Shown one piece after another: positions 25,986 through 38,310 of a stretch of DNA of 64,000 nt. Origin of the DNA: Elephas maximus. Its lineage: Eukaryota. The translations under genes were made by a program, and so were the position numbers. The stretch's first letter is position 1. Each line of letters begins with the position of its first letter. Under the pieces are notes generated by a model, which was not told the DNA's origin, made no database searches, and worked only from the letters and a program-made list of their open reading frames with translations. The DNA lies in NCBI RefSeq assembly GCF_024166365.1, contig NC_064828.1, forward strand, positions 30,567,814 through 30,631,813, given 5' to 3'.

Positions 25986-26088
25986 TTAGCTTAGTTTTAG
26001 AGACTTCTCCATGGCCTAGCTACAGACCTCATGGGTATTTACTTACAAAAAAGAAGTAGGGGCTTGGGGCCTACAAGAAATGAAACTA

Positions 26089-26274
<186 letters not shown>

Positions 26275-26388
26275 CTATGAGGAACAAATATTGTGAAAAC
26301 ATCAGGGGGCCATCCCAACTCAGCTCTGCTCTATCATATAAAAAATCCTCCAGTCCCAACCTTCTGTCCCAGCTTTTTACCCCATTAC

Positions 26389-26454
26389 CTGCAAGGAGAA
26401 ACATAGATCCTCAGGGGTACACTCGCCTGTGGCCAGCATTCGTTGTGCTGCATC
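26389..26454 (-). CDS. OSGEP: OSGEP exon 7 (DAAQRMLATGECTPEDLCFSLQ)
   Basis: Acceptor taattgcag|GATGCAGC and donor TTGCAG|gtaatg. 66 nt, phase 0 at both ends. Confidence 0.9.
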
Positions 26455-26974
26455 CTGCAATTAACAGAGGTGAGAAAATAGTGGTGTTGGGGTTATATAA
26501 GAATAATAATTAGTACAATGGACCACCTTGTTTCACCACAATTTAAGTTACAGTACATCTCATACCACATTTCGCCCTTCAATGGCACTGAGCTAGAGGC
26601 AGCATTCATTCAAGATTCGATAATTATCTCTTTAATTCGTGCCCTGACACCCCCTAACCCTGCTTTATCTCTCCACAGTAGTTATATCTGACACGCTTTA
26701 TATTTTTTTCTTTTTTTTGAGTTGTTGTTTCTTTATCGTCTTTGCTCCAAGTAGACAGGGGTTTTTATTTTGCCCCATGCTGTATCTCTATTGCCTAGAA
26801 CAGTGCTTGGCACATAGAAGCTGCTCAGTAAGTTATTTGCTGAATGAATTTATTAAGCATCTGATATGAACCAACCCTATGCTACATACGGAAAATATGA
26901 CAGTGAGCAAAACAGGTATGTTTCATCAAGGAAACATGAAAGTGCCCCCATCTCATTACCTCTCCCACACTTAC

Positions 26975-27053
26975 CTCAATGAAAGACAGGATCCCTGAGA
27001 ATGAGACATCCATCCCCTTTACAGTGTATGGCAGCTCAACTAGCTTCTTGCCT
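26975..27053 (-). CDS. OSGEP: OSGEP exon 6 ([26 protein letters not shown])
   Basis: Acceptor cccacatag|AGGCAAG and donor CATTGAG|gtaagt. Confidence 0.9.
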
Positions 27054-27196
27054 CTATGTGGGAGGGAGTGTATGAGGCACTAAGCCTAGAGTCAGCTGGC
27101 TGCCCCCCCGAAGCCCCCCCAATCCTCAATAATATATATACAAGGAACTCCCTTAAGCCCCACCAGTCAGCCTCCCTTTATTTTATGACCCCTCAC

Positions 27197-27246
27197 CGCT
27201 TTGCCATCTGTTCAATGTTGTAGCCTGGACTTGGATCATTGGAAAT
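27197..27246 (-). CDS. OSGEP: OSGEP exon 5 (ISNDPSPGYNIEQMAK)
   Basis: Acceptor ctgccag|ATTTCC and donor GCAAAGCG|gtgagggg. Confidence 0.9.
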
Positions 27247-27319
27247 CTGGCAGAGAGAAAAACGGGAAAGAAGTGAATGACAGGATGAGGTCAGATATCC
27301 AGGAACCATAAGGAACTTA

Positions 27320-27496
<177 letters not shown>

Positions 27497-29056
27497 CTAA
27501 GGGTGGTGAGGATGTCCATGAAACCTCAAGTCTGTAAAGAGGAGTATTTGGCTTTGGGGAAGAACACAGCAGAGGATCAACATGGCCACTAAACTTTCCA
27601 ATACTAAATAAAAAAACAAGTATTTTCCCAAATCCTGAATGGGTAATTTTCTGTAGCTCTTACCTGAGAAGCAGCCCACATACAAGGATTCCCAGAAAAG
27701 ATTCCTAACTTACCGAAGGTATTCCAGGTTGACTCAGAAGCAAACCATCACTTCATATACTTTTTTTTTTAAACATTTTCCAGGACGCCATTTGAAAATG
27801 TGGACTAGGGAACAGGTTCTCCTGCTTAGAGGCAGGGTACAATACAAGTGCCCTTCTAGATTATACTAACAGGGCAGTGGTATCTGGAAACAAGGGAAGA
27901 GGCAGAGCTGAAGAACTCAAAATCCTCTGTTGGGCTAGACTAATGGCCCACTCCACTCAGCACTGGCAACTGACTTATGTCTGTTCTTCACATGCGACCA
28001 GCTTCTAGCACAGGGAATATTTATCACCCACTGACAGACACATCTGCTCCACACCTCCCACAGTGAGGGCTCCCCAGGGACCATAAACAGTCCTTTTCCC
28101 TTATCGGAGTTGCTGGGGCTTTCTTTCCTTTTTGATGTAAATCTTACTCTGTCATCAAGGGGTTTCAGCTGCCAAAACGCTGGTGACAAAAGAGGAAAGA
28201 AAAATCCTGTCTTTCTACTTCTGTTACTCACTCCTCTCTATCCAATTGTCTTGTTTTTTATGACTAGGCAAGTTTCACAAGGGAAGAAGGGAAAACTCCA
28301 TCTCTGATCGTCCTCATTGACCCTTGTAGACTTCTCTGCTACTGTCTATCCCCCAAATCCCTAACCTTTTATGTCATCCTTCTAGCTCCAACCAGCTCCT
28401 AACCCTCTACCTCCTGAAGTTCTCACATCAATTCCATGACTATGTGTACCTCATCTTTAATAATTATTTCACAAAATGAAGTTTTACAACATAACCCTCT
28501 TAAAAGCTGAGGACAATGCTCAACTATCCTTGACAAGAGCTCCGTCAGGTGTTCTGCAGGAAAGGAGGACTGGAGTCCTCTGACTCCATCCTCAAAAGGT
28601 CTTGCAAATACCCCAAACAACTCTAGTTTCACCTATGAATGTAAGACCTTTACCATTTATAAAATACTTTTTAAAATTTTTATATTTTCACACTCTTGGA
28701 ATAATGAATTCTATACATTTACCATGAAAAATAAAAATACAAATCAGGTAGTGCTCCTTAGTCTTAATTGTTAAGATTTATAGAAAAAAAATAAGCTTTA
28801 AAATATAAAAAAATCCTTCCATTACTTCGAAGGCTTCAATCCTTACCAGTCTTTCAATTTTCTAAACTGGAGATTCCTAATCTTTACATACATAAAAGTT
28901 CCTGAATACTCTGATTGTCCTGCCCAAGTCTGCAATGCTACAAACTCTGTTGCGGGTTCTCTGATGTCTAACATTTTAGGCTCAGATGAGTCCAGCTTTG
29001 TTCTTGCAGTTCCTGCCACCCATGTAGAACACATAAGTTGCTGGTATGGCATCTCA

Positions 29057-29688
<632 letters not shown>

Positions 29689-29716
29689 TCAGATATTCCT
29701 TTTCACAATTTCTGGC

Positions 29717-29868
29717 AAACCCTGGTGGCACAGTGGTCAAGTACTATGGCTGCTAACCAAAAGGTCATTGGTTCGAATCCGCCAGGCGCTCCTTGGAAAC
29801 TACAGGGCAGTTCTACTCTGTTCTATAGGATTGCCATGAGTTGGAATCAACTCAACGGCAGTAAGTTT
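29717..29868 (+). mobile_element. AfroSINE (short form) in OSGEP intron 1
   Basis: AAACCCTGGTGGCACAGTGGTCAAGTACTATGGCTGCTAACCAAAAGGTCATTGGTTCGAATCC.... Confidence 0.85.
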
Positions 29869-29892
29869 AAGTAGGTTATGTAGGCTGTTAAG

Positions 29893-30085
29893 GAGCTCTG
29901 GATGCACAGTGGTTAAAAGTGCTGCTAAGCGAGAGGTCAGTGATTTGAACCCACCAGTCACCCAGCGAGCAGTCTGCTTCTGTAAAGATTACAGCCTTGG
30001 AAGCCCTATGGGGGCAGTTCTACTCTGTCCTATAGGTTCGCTATGAGTCAGAATCGATTTGATGGCTACGGGTTTGGTTTTTTGG
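29893..30085 (+). mobile_element. AfroSINE long-form subfamily (carries a ~45-bp internal segment ..CTGTAAAGATTACAGCCTTGGAAGCCC..) immediately downstream of the short-form copy
   Basis: GAGCTCTGGATGCACAGTGGTTAAAAGTGCTGCTAAGCGAGAGGTCAGTGATTTGAACCCACCAG...CTGTAAAGATTACAGCCTTGGAAGCCCTATGGGGGCAGTTCTACTCTGTCC.... Confidence 0.8.
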
Positions 30086-31082
30086 TTAGGATACAGGCTG
30101 TTCAGCTCTCAGAAATGTCCTTCTTCATAAGCAACACAGCTTCCGGACTCAATCCTAGTTAATACCTACCCCATACCCTTTGGTGATCTTCCTTTGTGAC
30201 CCTATTTAACCCTTTCAAAAGCTGAGAACAATGCTGAGCTATCTCTGACAAGAATTCTACCAGGTGTTCTGTGGGAAAGGAAGATTGAAGTCCTTCAGTT
30301 TATACACAGCACTTAACATGTAACAATCATAGCATTATAATTACAAGTTTCTCCCATTTAACTCTGAGTGCCTCAAAGCATTGGCTATTTTATTTATTTC
30401 TGCATTCCTGGGGCCCAAGTGCCTAGAAGAGTAAATGCTAAATATACATAGTTTCTCAGGTACACACATGTCAGTTGCTCTCTCCTAAGTGTGCAGGTGT
30501 ATTGGGGGAGGGTAGGCTAAATAGGATACAACAGCTTAAAAATAACACTTATGAAAAGTTGTAATGTATCTGCTACTTCCATTTAACTCTCAAGAATCAG
30601 TGAGACAGGTCTTATTATCCCCATTTTAAAAGTAAAGAAATCCAAGAACATGGACAGTGACCACGAATATTACAAAGTCAGCAAGTTCTAAGCCGGGAGT
30701 CTTTCCACTCTGACCGCTCACTCTCCTTCTGGTTCTAGAATATTTTCATTGCATTTCTGATACCATTTACAGTATGACTGTGTCTATATGCCCGACTCCA
30801 CAGCAAGCTCATGACATCTATTTTTGTATCCAGCAGCCAGCCAATGCTTGGCAAGGAAAAGGCGCTCAACAGAAGTTGAACGAATCCTGAAGATCCAGGT
30901 CCAAGTGCCTGCTGACTCTTCTATCCACCATAATTGTGACCTTAACACTGTCAAGTAGTATCAGTGAGCCTCGGATCAAAAGCTGTAAAATGGGATAATG
31001 CACCCCACTTCACTGACGTTTAGGAAGACAGAAGGTGATGCTGTGCGGTGAAGCGCGCTGTAAACTCCAAGTCCGCTAGTCA

Positions 31083-31436
<354 letters not shown>

Positions 31437-31676
31437 CTAACTGCCAGGCATACTGACCTGGCATCTGCCCCTTACATTCCTATCCGCTCCCCGTATTTTC
31501 CCCTGGTGCAGTTCAGCTTCTCCCCCGATGTTTTTCCCTCTTGCACAGCGTCGGGATCTTCGGTCAGGGTCGCAGGATGAGTTATGCATCTGGCACAAAG
31601 ATAAACAGCCCCAGGATGGTGGGTTGGGGCCTTCAGTCCCCGGGAGAAACGGAGCCGAGAGGGAAGGCCGGGCTTC

Positions 31677-31766
31677 GTCACGTGGTGACAGACAGACCAA
31701 TCACTGCCGTTCCTCGGCCGCCCGCCGCGGACCTAGGATCACGTGACTACGCCAGTTACCCACGTG
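31677..31766. promoter_or_regulatory. Cluster of three CACGTG E-boxes (31679-84, 31740-45, 31761-66) plus CCAAT box (31697-31701)
   Basis: Read directly from the sequence: gtCACGTGgtgacagacagaCCAATcac ... gatCACGTGactacgccagttaccCACGTGgggg. Confidence 0.6.
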
Positions 31767-31798
31767 GGGGCACAACGGGCTCCATTCTTTGTGCCCGG
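31710..31798 (+). other. APEX1: Putative APEX1 non-coding exon 1 (5'UTR), ending at donor CCCGG|gtaagg
   Basis: GT donor at 31799 sits just downstream of the CCAAT box and E-box cluster inside the CpG island. The next exon begins at the acceptor immediately 5' of the ATG (32202). The TSS position is a guess. Confidence 0.3.
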
Positions 31799-32203
31799 GT
31801 AAGGAGGAGTCGGGCTGGGACTCGAGCAGGTCAGCTATGGGGGTGCTGTTCTGCCCACAGAGGGATTTTTCCTGAGGTCTGGCCAGCTAGGCTGAATCGG
31901 GGCCCATTATTAAGGTCTTAGATTGGCCGGAGGGCAGCTATCGGGAGGAGGGGCCAAGGCACTGTAAAACAATCTTGTCCAGTGCGTGTGGGGCTGAAGG
32001 GCCTATGATGCACCGAGGCAGGGAAAAGATTCAGAGATAATGCGGTTAGAGGCGACATCTGGTATGGGGATGCCTGAGAGAGGAGTCTCCCCGTTGCTAG
32101 CCTTAGCTGGTTTCACGATTTCTTTGCATCCGTAGGCAGCGCGCTAAAAATTTTGCTTCGGTGGGCGACGTGGAAGAAGTGCCTAAGGGTATTCCTTGCA
32201 GGG

Positions 32204-32261
32204 ATGCCGAAGCGTGGGAAAAAGGGAACTGTGGCTGAAGACGGGGAAGAGCCCAAGATCG
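32204..32261 (+). CDS. APEX1: APEX1 first coding exon (MPKRGKKGTVAEDGEEPKI; exon begins 32202 after acceptor ttgcag)
   Basis: ATG at 32204. Donor ATCG|gtagga. Matches the human APE1 N-terminus MPKRGKKGAVAEDG. Confidence 0.9.
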
Positions 32262-32473
32262 GTAGGAGAATAAAACGAGCTCCTCTCCTGGAGGCTGCGG
32301 TGGGGGTGCTTCCACTGTCTCGATGAAGGAAGGAGGCAGTACGGACCGGCCCATTTTTTTTTTTTTTTGAAGGTTTATGTGATCGAAGTCGTAGGTTCTC
32401 GCGCATACGGTTAACTTTGGGTCAAGGGTGGGAAACCACCAGCTTTTATCACTATGTGTTATTAATTTTATAG

Positions 32474-32661
32474 AGCAAGAGGCCAAAAAGAGTAAGACGG
32501 CAGCAAAGAAAAACGACAAAGAGGCAGCAGGAGAGGGGCCAGCCCTATATGAGGACCCCCCCGATCGGAAAACCTCACCTAGTGGCAAATCCGCCACACT
32601 TAAAATCTGCTCCTGGAATGTGGATGGGCTTCGAGCGTGGATTAAGAAGAAAGGTTTAGAT
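32474..32661 (+). CDS. APEX1: APEX1 coding exon ([63 protein letters not shown])
   Basis: Acceptor ttttatag|AGCAAG and donor TTAGAT|gtgagt. Contains the redox/NLS N-terminal region and the start of the endonuclease fold ([14 protein letters not shown]). Confidence 0.9.
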
Positions 32662-33166
32662 GTGAGTAAGAGGAAGTGAAATTCTCTAGTACTGATCTTG
32701 GGTTTAATCCCTTTTTTCTCTTTTTGTTCCCTCGGATGCAGTTTTTGTTTTTCCTTGTCTAATTACCTTGTGGGAGAGGTACAATGGGAACTTCACAAAG
32801 ACTTGCTAGTTGTAATTTTTATTAAACGGCCATTCCCTCAATTCCACTGCCACTATTCATGTCATTTCTTTTCCAGTGTTTCAAAAACCTCTTTATTGGA
32901 CTTTCTCCATTGTATCTCCAATATATCTTTCCTTCCAATAAGTACTACTTAGCTATCCACTGCGCATATAAGCCTCTTCTCACCTTCTTCCTTTAGTTAT
33001 CATTGTTAGAACACTTAACATTGTTTTATAATTGTTTAAATACTGTTTTGCTGGACTGCTGAACTCCTTATGCACAAAACCTCAAACCTCTCCTGTGAAT
33101 TTCTCTTGTCATACGGAGATTAAACAAATGTCTGAGTTGATAAGACCTTCTCATCTTCACTCCCAG

Positions 33167-33359
33167 TGGGTAAAGGAAGAAGCTCCAGATATTCTGTGCC
33201 TCCAAGAAACGAAATGCTCAGAGAAGAAACTACCAGCCGAACTTCAAGACCTGCCTGGACTATCTCATCAGTACTGGTTGGCTCCTTCAGACAAGGAAGG
33301 GTACAGTGGTGTGGGCCTACTCTCCCGCCAGTGCCCACTCAAAGTCTCTTATGGCATCG
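33167..33359 (+). CDS. APEX1: APEX1 coding exon ([64 protein letters not shown])
   Basis: Acceptor ctcccag|TGGGTA and donor GCATCG|gtgaga. Includes the catalytic LQETK motif. Confidence 0.9.
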
Positions 33360-33489
33360 GTGAGACACTCTATTGATCCCTAATGCCTGAGCTCTTCTGA
33401 ACCAATTGCTAATACTGTCCTCCTGCCCCAACTCTATTCCTTCATTTTCTTTTATAGTTTTCTCTGATTCTCCTTCATCTTTTCTATAG

Positions 33490-34007
33490 GCGAGGAGGAA
33501 CATGATCAGGAAGGCCGGGTGATCGTAGCTGAATTTGATGCATTTGTGCTGGTAACAGTCTATGTACCTAATGCGGGCCGGGGTCTGGTGCGGCTAGACT
33601 ACCGACAGCGCTGGGATGAAGCCTTTCGTAAATTCCTGAAGGGCCTGGCTTCACGCAAGCCTCTTGTGCTATGTGGAGACCTCAACGTGGCTCATGAAGA
33701 GATTGACCTTCGCAACCCCAAAGGAAACAAAAAGAATGCTGGCTTTACTCCGCAAGAGCGGCAAGGCTTTGGGGAATTGTTGCAGGCTGTGCCACTGGCT
33801 GACAGCTTCCGGCACCTCTACCCTGACACGGCCTATGCCTATACCTTTTGGACCTACATGATGAATGCACGATCCAAGAATGTTGGCTGGCGCCTTGATT
33901 ATTTTTTGTTGTCTCACTCCCTGTTACCTGCATTGTGTGACAGCAAGATCCGTTCCAAGGCCTTAGGCAGTGATCACTGTCCTATCACCCTACTCCTCGC
34001 ACTGTGA
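33490..34007 (+). CDS. APEX1: APEX1 last coding exon ([16 protein letters not shown]...[13 protein letters not shown]; stop TGA 34005-34007)
   Basis: Acceptor tttctatag|GCGAGG. Long ORF matching the human APE1 C-terminal two thirds. The four coding exons sum to 957 nt = 318 aa + stop. Confidence 0.9.
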
Positions 34008-34212
34008 GACCTCCCAAAAATCGCTTTGAGTCTGGAAAATGAGCCCCCTAAACTAGCATTTCTTCTTCAAAACTTCCTCTTAAGAAACCTGTGCTGTACT
34101 TGCCTTCTAAAACTATATGAATCCTCCAAACAGGCTTCTAGTGACAAATTTCAGCTTTCTTGAACTTTTAAGCGCAAGATTTTTGTTTCATGTTTTTTTT
34201 GTTTGTTTTTAC

Positions 34213-34222
34213 ATTAAATAAA
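34213..34222 (+). other. APEX1: APEX1 poly(A) signals (ATTAAA/AATAAA), about 210 nt after the stop
   Basis: acATTAAATAAAAgctactg. Confidence 0.6.
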
Positions 34223-34389
34223 AGCTACTGATGACTTCTTTTGAACTGTCCTTGTGAAAATAAAAAGCCATAGTTTCAGCCTTGCTGCCTTTGTGTTTTA
34301 TCTGTTTCTTGGTGGGACTACAAATTCTCGTTTTCCCTGTCTTCATACATGCAAGTTAACAAATGGAGAAGAGTTGAGTCATGACCGTA

Positions 34390-34395
34390 TTTATT
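34390..34395 (-). other. PIP4P1: PIP4P1 poly(A) signal (AATAAA on the minus strand), about 680 nt after the stop
   Basis: Plus strand reads ccgtatTTATTTacaag, giving AATAAA on the minus strand. Confidence 0.5.
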
Positions 34396-35074
34396 TACAA
34401 GCATAGATGAATCCCTAACCTCCCCCAAGACGCAGCAACCCTACCCAGCCCAGATAGATACTGCAACTGGGGTTAAGAAGGTTGGAAGGAGGAATTAAAG
34501 GGAAATACAGGACTAGGGGAACATACCCCCACATTAAATAGTTATATATACATCAGTTCCCGTGGTTCTGTACAGAGCAGCGGCTGACCCCACCCCCACA
34601 GGACATGGAATGTGGGGAGAGGAGACTGAGGGTACTGAGGCCAGAGCCAGCCCCTGGTGAAGTGCAATAGCAGCAGCAAGGTCCTAATGGTGCACAAGAG
34701 GGAGGGAAACCCCCAGGGCTACCCCACCCACCCCTGCCCTAGAATGTGTAAGGGACAGGAATGGCTCTCGGGGCATATAGGAAGCACAAGGCTAGAACCG
34801 TCTTTTGGAGCCCAGCTTTAGGGGCAACACTGCGCCTACTTCACCCTTAAACACAGCAACCCTTGGAGGAGAGCAGATGGCCATCAGTGGTCTTACCTAC
34901 CCCTCCAAACCTAAATGAGGGCCTGGTTCCTTCCTACCTCTCCCCTGGGAAAAGGAAGGCAGCTGCTTGGCTTCCCTTGTGGAAGCCCAGGGAGCCCTTT
35001 ATCCCAGCTCCCTTTGTAGTGTCACTGTCCCCACCAGGGAGGGGCCAGGCACAGTCTGTATATCATGGTGGGGC

Positions 35075-35218
35075 TCAGGAGAAGTTCTGGGCAGGGTGGC
35101 TGACCTTCATACAGGCCCAATACAGGGCCCGGCCCAAACACAGCACAGCCAGCAGGATGACACATGCCCAGGCTGCATAGATACCTCCATATCGCCGTGC
35201 ATGCTTCCATGTGCCAAA
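35075..35218 (-). CDS. PIP4P1: PIP4P1 (TMEM55B) last coding exon ([47 protein letters not shown]; stop = revcomp 35075-35077)
   Basis: Acceptor cctctttcag|TTTGGC. Encodes the second transmembrane helix. Matches the human TMEM55B C-terminus. Confidence 0.9.
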   Translation of the reverse strand, partial: FGTWKHARRYGGIYAAWACVILLAVLCLGRALYWACMKVSHPAQNFS

Positions 35219-35484
35219 CTGAAAGAGGTGAGGAGGAAGAAGGAAAAAAAGATGGGGTTAGTGTTGATCTCTTATAACTTCCCAGGAGCCCTAGTAATAG
35301 TGAAGTGACACAGACTCAAGCTTCTGTCTCAAGTCCCTACCCATCTGTAAAACCTTCAGGGACCTTTTTAAAGGCCAAGCTGCTCAGTTTCCTTCCCCTA
35401 GGCAGAAACATTCATACCATCCCAGACAGACACCTGTCAGTTTTTCTTAATGTCTCACAACTGAGCCAGGCTTCCTAATAAAAA

Positions 35485-35645
35485 ACCAAACCCGCTGCCG
35501 TCGAGTTGATTCCGACTAATAGTGACCCTATAGGATGGAGTAGAACTGCCCCATAGGTTTTCAAAGGAGCAGCTGGTAATTCAAACTGCTGACCTTTTGG
35601 TTAGCAGCCCTAGCGCTTAACCACTACACCACCAGGGTTTCCATG
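35485..35645 (-). mobile_element. AfroSINE in the last intron of PIP4P1 (sense to the gene)
   Basis: Reverse-complement consensus: AACCCGCTGCCGTCGAGTTGATTCCGACTAATAGTGACCCTATAGG...TTAACCACTACACCACCAGGGTTTCC. Confidence 0.85.
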
Positions 35646-35835
35646 CTTCCTAATATCAGATCTTAATCTAAGCCCCTTCTTCACTGTCTTGTCCTGTGCA
35701 GAGAGAGAGAATGGCCATTTTTCATTCCTACAGTAATGAAAAAGAATGTTGATTAGCTACCTTCAACATTAGCTCATCCATACCTTAAAAGAAAACCTAA
35801 GCAAACAGTCCTCAGTTTCTTTCACCTTTCTTAAA

Positions 35836-36030
35836 ACCAAGACCACTGCCCTTGTGTCAATTCCGACTCATAGCCGACCCTACAGAACAGAGCAGAGCTG
35901 CTCCACAGGGGTTCCAAGGCTGTAATCTCTTACGAAAGCTGATTGCCACATCTTTCTGCCATGGAGCAGCTGGTGGGTCCAAACCACCAATCTTTCGGCT
36001 GGCAGCCAAGCACTTAACCACTGTGCCTCA
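35836..36030 (-). mobile_element. AfroSINE long form in the last intron of PIP4P1
   Basis: Reverse complement with the internal segment GGCTGTAATCTCTTACGAAAGC. Ends ..GCACTTAACCACTGTGCCTCAC. Confidence 0.8.
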
Positions 36031-36134
36031 CTTTTCTTTAGGGTAGGTATTTCCCAAATCTCCCAGCCTATGGAGATAAGGCTGAGACAGAGGCAAACAG
36101 GAAGAATGAAAGGGGCTGAGTCAAGGTTACTCAC

Positions 36135-36225
36135 AGCAAGGCCAGTGGCAGTGATTGCCAAGAGCAAGCCAAGCAAGAAACAGCAGATACATCTCTTTCG
36201 TGGATATCTGCGCCCAATAGACGAC
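36135..36225 (-). CDS. PIP4P1: PIP4P1 exon 6 (SSIGRRYPRKRCICCFLLGLLLAITATGLA; first TM helix)
   Basis: Acceptor ccccacag|GTCGTC and donor CTTGCT|gtgagt. Confidence 0.9.
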
Positions 36226-36327
36226 CTGTGGGGAGGCAAACAGGAGTGGATGCTTGTGATGTTCTCGTAGTTTTTATTCCACGTTACTGGATTACCAGCT
36301 CGATGATGCCACTCCCCAATCACTTAC

Positions 36328-36380
36328 ACTTTCCTGCAGTGAGGGCAACGTGCCAAGGTTCGGTCTGTGAACTCTGTCCA
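36328..36380 (-). CDS. PIP4P1: PIP4P1 exon 5 (WTEFTDRTLARCPHCRK)
   Basis: Acceptor ctccatag|TGGACAG and donor GGAAAGT|gtaagtg. 53 nt, with phase linking exons 4 and 6. Confidence 0.9.
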
Positions 36381-36560
36381 CTATGGAGAAAGAAAAAAAG
36401 GAGAAGCTGATTAACGGTAGAAGCAGGGTCGTCCTCAGTGAGAACCCTGGGTGGAAGGGGTGGGGGCGGGAAACATACTTTTTCAGGGTTCAGATTATTA
36501 CTCGAGAGAAATATAATTACTCCTAGTTTTTCCCCTGGGCTCCCCAATGCCCCTCCTCAC

Positions 36561-36666
36561 CAGAAAAGTATTCTTGCAATGTCCACAGATCACCCTGACA
36601 CCCACTGGCTGTGGTTCTGGACTCAGAGGTCCTGGATGCACAGGCCCCAGGTTGATGATTCTTTTG
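36561..36666 (-). CDS. PIP4P1: PIP4P1 exon 4 ([35 protein letters not shown])
   Basis: Acceptor catatacag|CAAAAG and donor TTTCTG|gtgagg. Confidence 0.9.
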
Positions 36667-37111
36667 CTGTATATGAGAAAAGACGATGTTTAAAACATTT
36701 TTAATCCCAAGGATTTTAATCTCTCCTTCACCCCCCTCCACACCGCTACCCCCTCCCCCCCACCGCCTCTCTTATCAAGTTCCTCTGCTTCTCCATAGAG
36801 GGGCTCTATCCCTCATCTCCACTACAAAGAATCCTTGAAGAAACACACTGCTTAGAAGTCATGTCTTCACTTCTCTTCACCTCAGGATAATCCACCCAGT
36901 CCGAGGCTCTCCATTCTCCTAAAGGACATCATTTCCTCCCAATCTTTTTATGGAGAGATGAAATAGATGGCTATAACCCTGGGAGACACAACAGCCCCTA
37001 ACGTTTTCTCCTAAATAAACTACAACACACTTACAGTCTCCATAAACATTCACCCTTCTTTGACTTTCCAGTTTTCCCCACTTAAGCCCCTCCCCACCTG
37101 ATGCCTCTTAC

Positions 37112-37218
37112 CAATAGGGCCGAGGGCAGGCAATCCGCTGGGAAGTCACTTTGCAGATAAGCAGACAGTTACAGGGGCAGCGAACATATTTTTTCCCTGG
37201 GGGTGCATTCTTGATAGG
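37112..37218 (-). CDS. PIP4P1: PIP4P1 exon 3 ([35 protein letters not shown])
   Basis: Acceptor ttattttatag|CCTATC and donor CTATTG|gtaaga. Contains the catalytic CX5R phosphatase motif region ([15 protein letters not shown]). Confidence 0.9.
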
Positions 37219-37586
37219 CTATAAAATAATGGGGATGTCAGCAAGCAAACCTCTAATCCCAGCCCTTTTCCAATTCCCTCTGAAAACACCTTGAGGAAAA
37301 CTCAGAGATAAGGCCCTCATCAGGAAGGAGAAGTGAAAGAATGGCATACATCATAATATTTGCAAATGAGACCTAAGTTTAATATCCAGGATAGGTATAA
37401 AAGTGTGCAATGGTAAACATTAGCTTTGTTGAGTGGCCTCTGGGGAAATAAGTGTGTGAGATTCTTGAACTGAAACTTGGGTTTCATGTAGAGCACTTGG
37501 GAACACCTGAAAGTCAGGGTTTAGAATCAAGAAATCAAAAAGAGGATCAGGAAACAGGGCCCATTTTGAAGATACGGAGAACTCAC

Positions 37587-37777
37587 AGTGGCTTCATTGC
37601 AGACGCCACATTTGACTACATGCTGATGCATCTTGCCTTCCACGTTGATGAGGGACTGGCAGACTCGGCAGGTGATCATGGGGGCACTCCCGCTATCAGG
37701 GCTGGTCAGGGGTGAGTAGGGGGGTGGGTCTTCCCCAGGCAACACGGCTGGGTGCCCTTCCGGGAACGGGGGAAATG
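37587..37777 (-). CDS. PIP4P1: PIP4P1 exon 2 ([64 protein letters not shown])
   Basis: Acceptor ctccccag|CATTTCC and donor GCCACT|gtgagt. Confidence 0.9.
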
Positions 37778-38118
37778 CTGGGGAGGAAGCAGATAAAGAG
37801 GAGGGCTGGGATCACTTGCAAACACTCCCACTGATGGTCCATGAGGCCTGTGAATTCCTTCTGGACCTTAATCTTTCTGACCAAGCTACCGCGCTTGCCA
37901 TGTTCCGCGCTTCCCTTTGCTTTCCGAGAACCCCCTGCAGTTTCTGGGCTCTGCTCACGATGGCGGTGAGAAGTCCCACCCCGTCACAGGTGCAGCAGCC
38001 TGGCACCTGCCGCTTGGGTCCCGCCTCCGCCCTTGACCCCGCCCCTCCCCGCCCATCAGAGCACCCCCGGGAACACCTCGGACCCTCTCGGGCTTACCCT
38101 GGGGCGGGGCATGTTTAC

Positions 38119-38260
38119 CGGCTCCGTACGGTGGTGCGGTGGGGGTCAGGCCTCCCCCGGGCCCAGCCCCACTCCCGCCCGGCCCCACTAGGCCGTTGCC
38201 GCCGGCGCCACCGTCGATCGGCTCGGAGAGCAGCGGGGAACGCTCTCCATCTGCCGCCAT
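38119..38260 (-). CDS. PIP4P1: PIP4P1 exon 1 coding part (MAADGERSPLLSEPIDGGAGGNGLVGPGGSGAGPGGGLTPTAPPYGA; ATG = revcomp 38258-38260)
   Basis: Start chosen by identity to human MAADGERSPLL. The supplied ORF track starts 9 nt upstream at a GTG. Donor GGAGCCG|gtaaac. The seven exons sum to 834 nt = 277 aa + stop. Confidence 0.88.
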
Positions 38261-38310
38261 GGCCGCCACCGCCGCCTCCCGCTCCGGCCAAGGATGGAGC
38301 CGCTGCTGTC

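Noticed and set aside
35880-36323. 147-aa ORF (-) containing SIGRRYPRKRCICCFLLGLLLAITATGLA
   Set aside because: Only 36135-36225 of it is the real PIP4P1 exon 6, bounded by an AG acceptor and GT donor. The rest is intron plus an AfroSINE read through in frame. This illustrates that ORF length here is not a proxy for exon extent.
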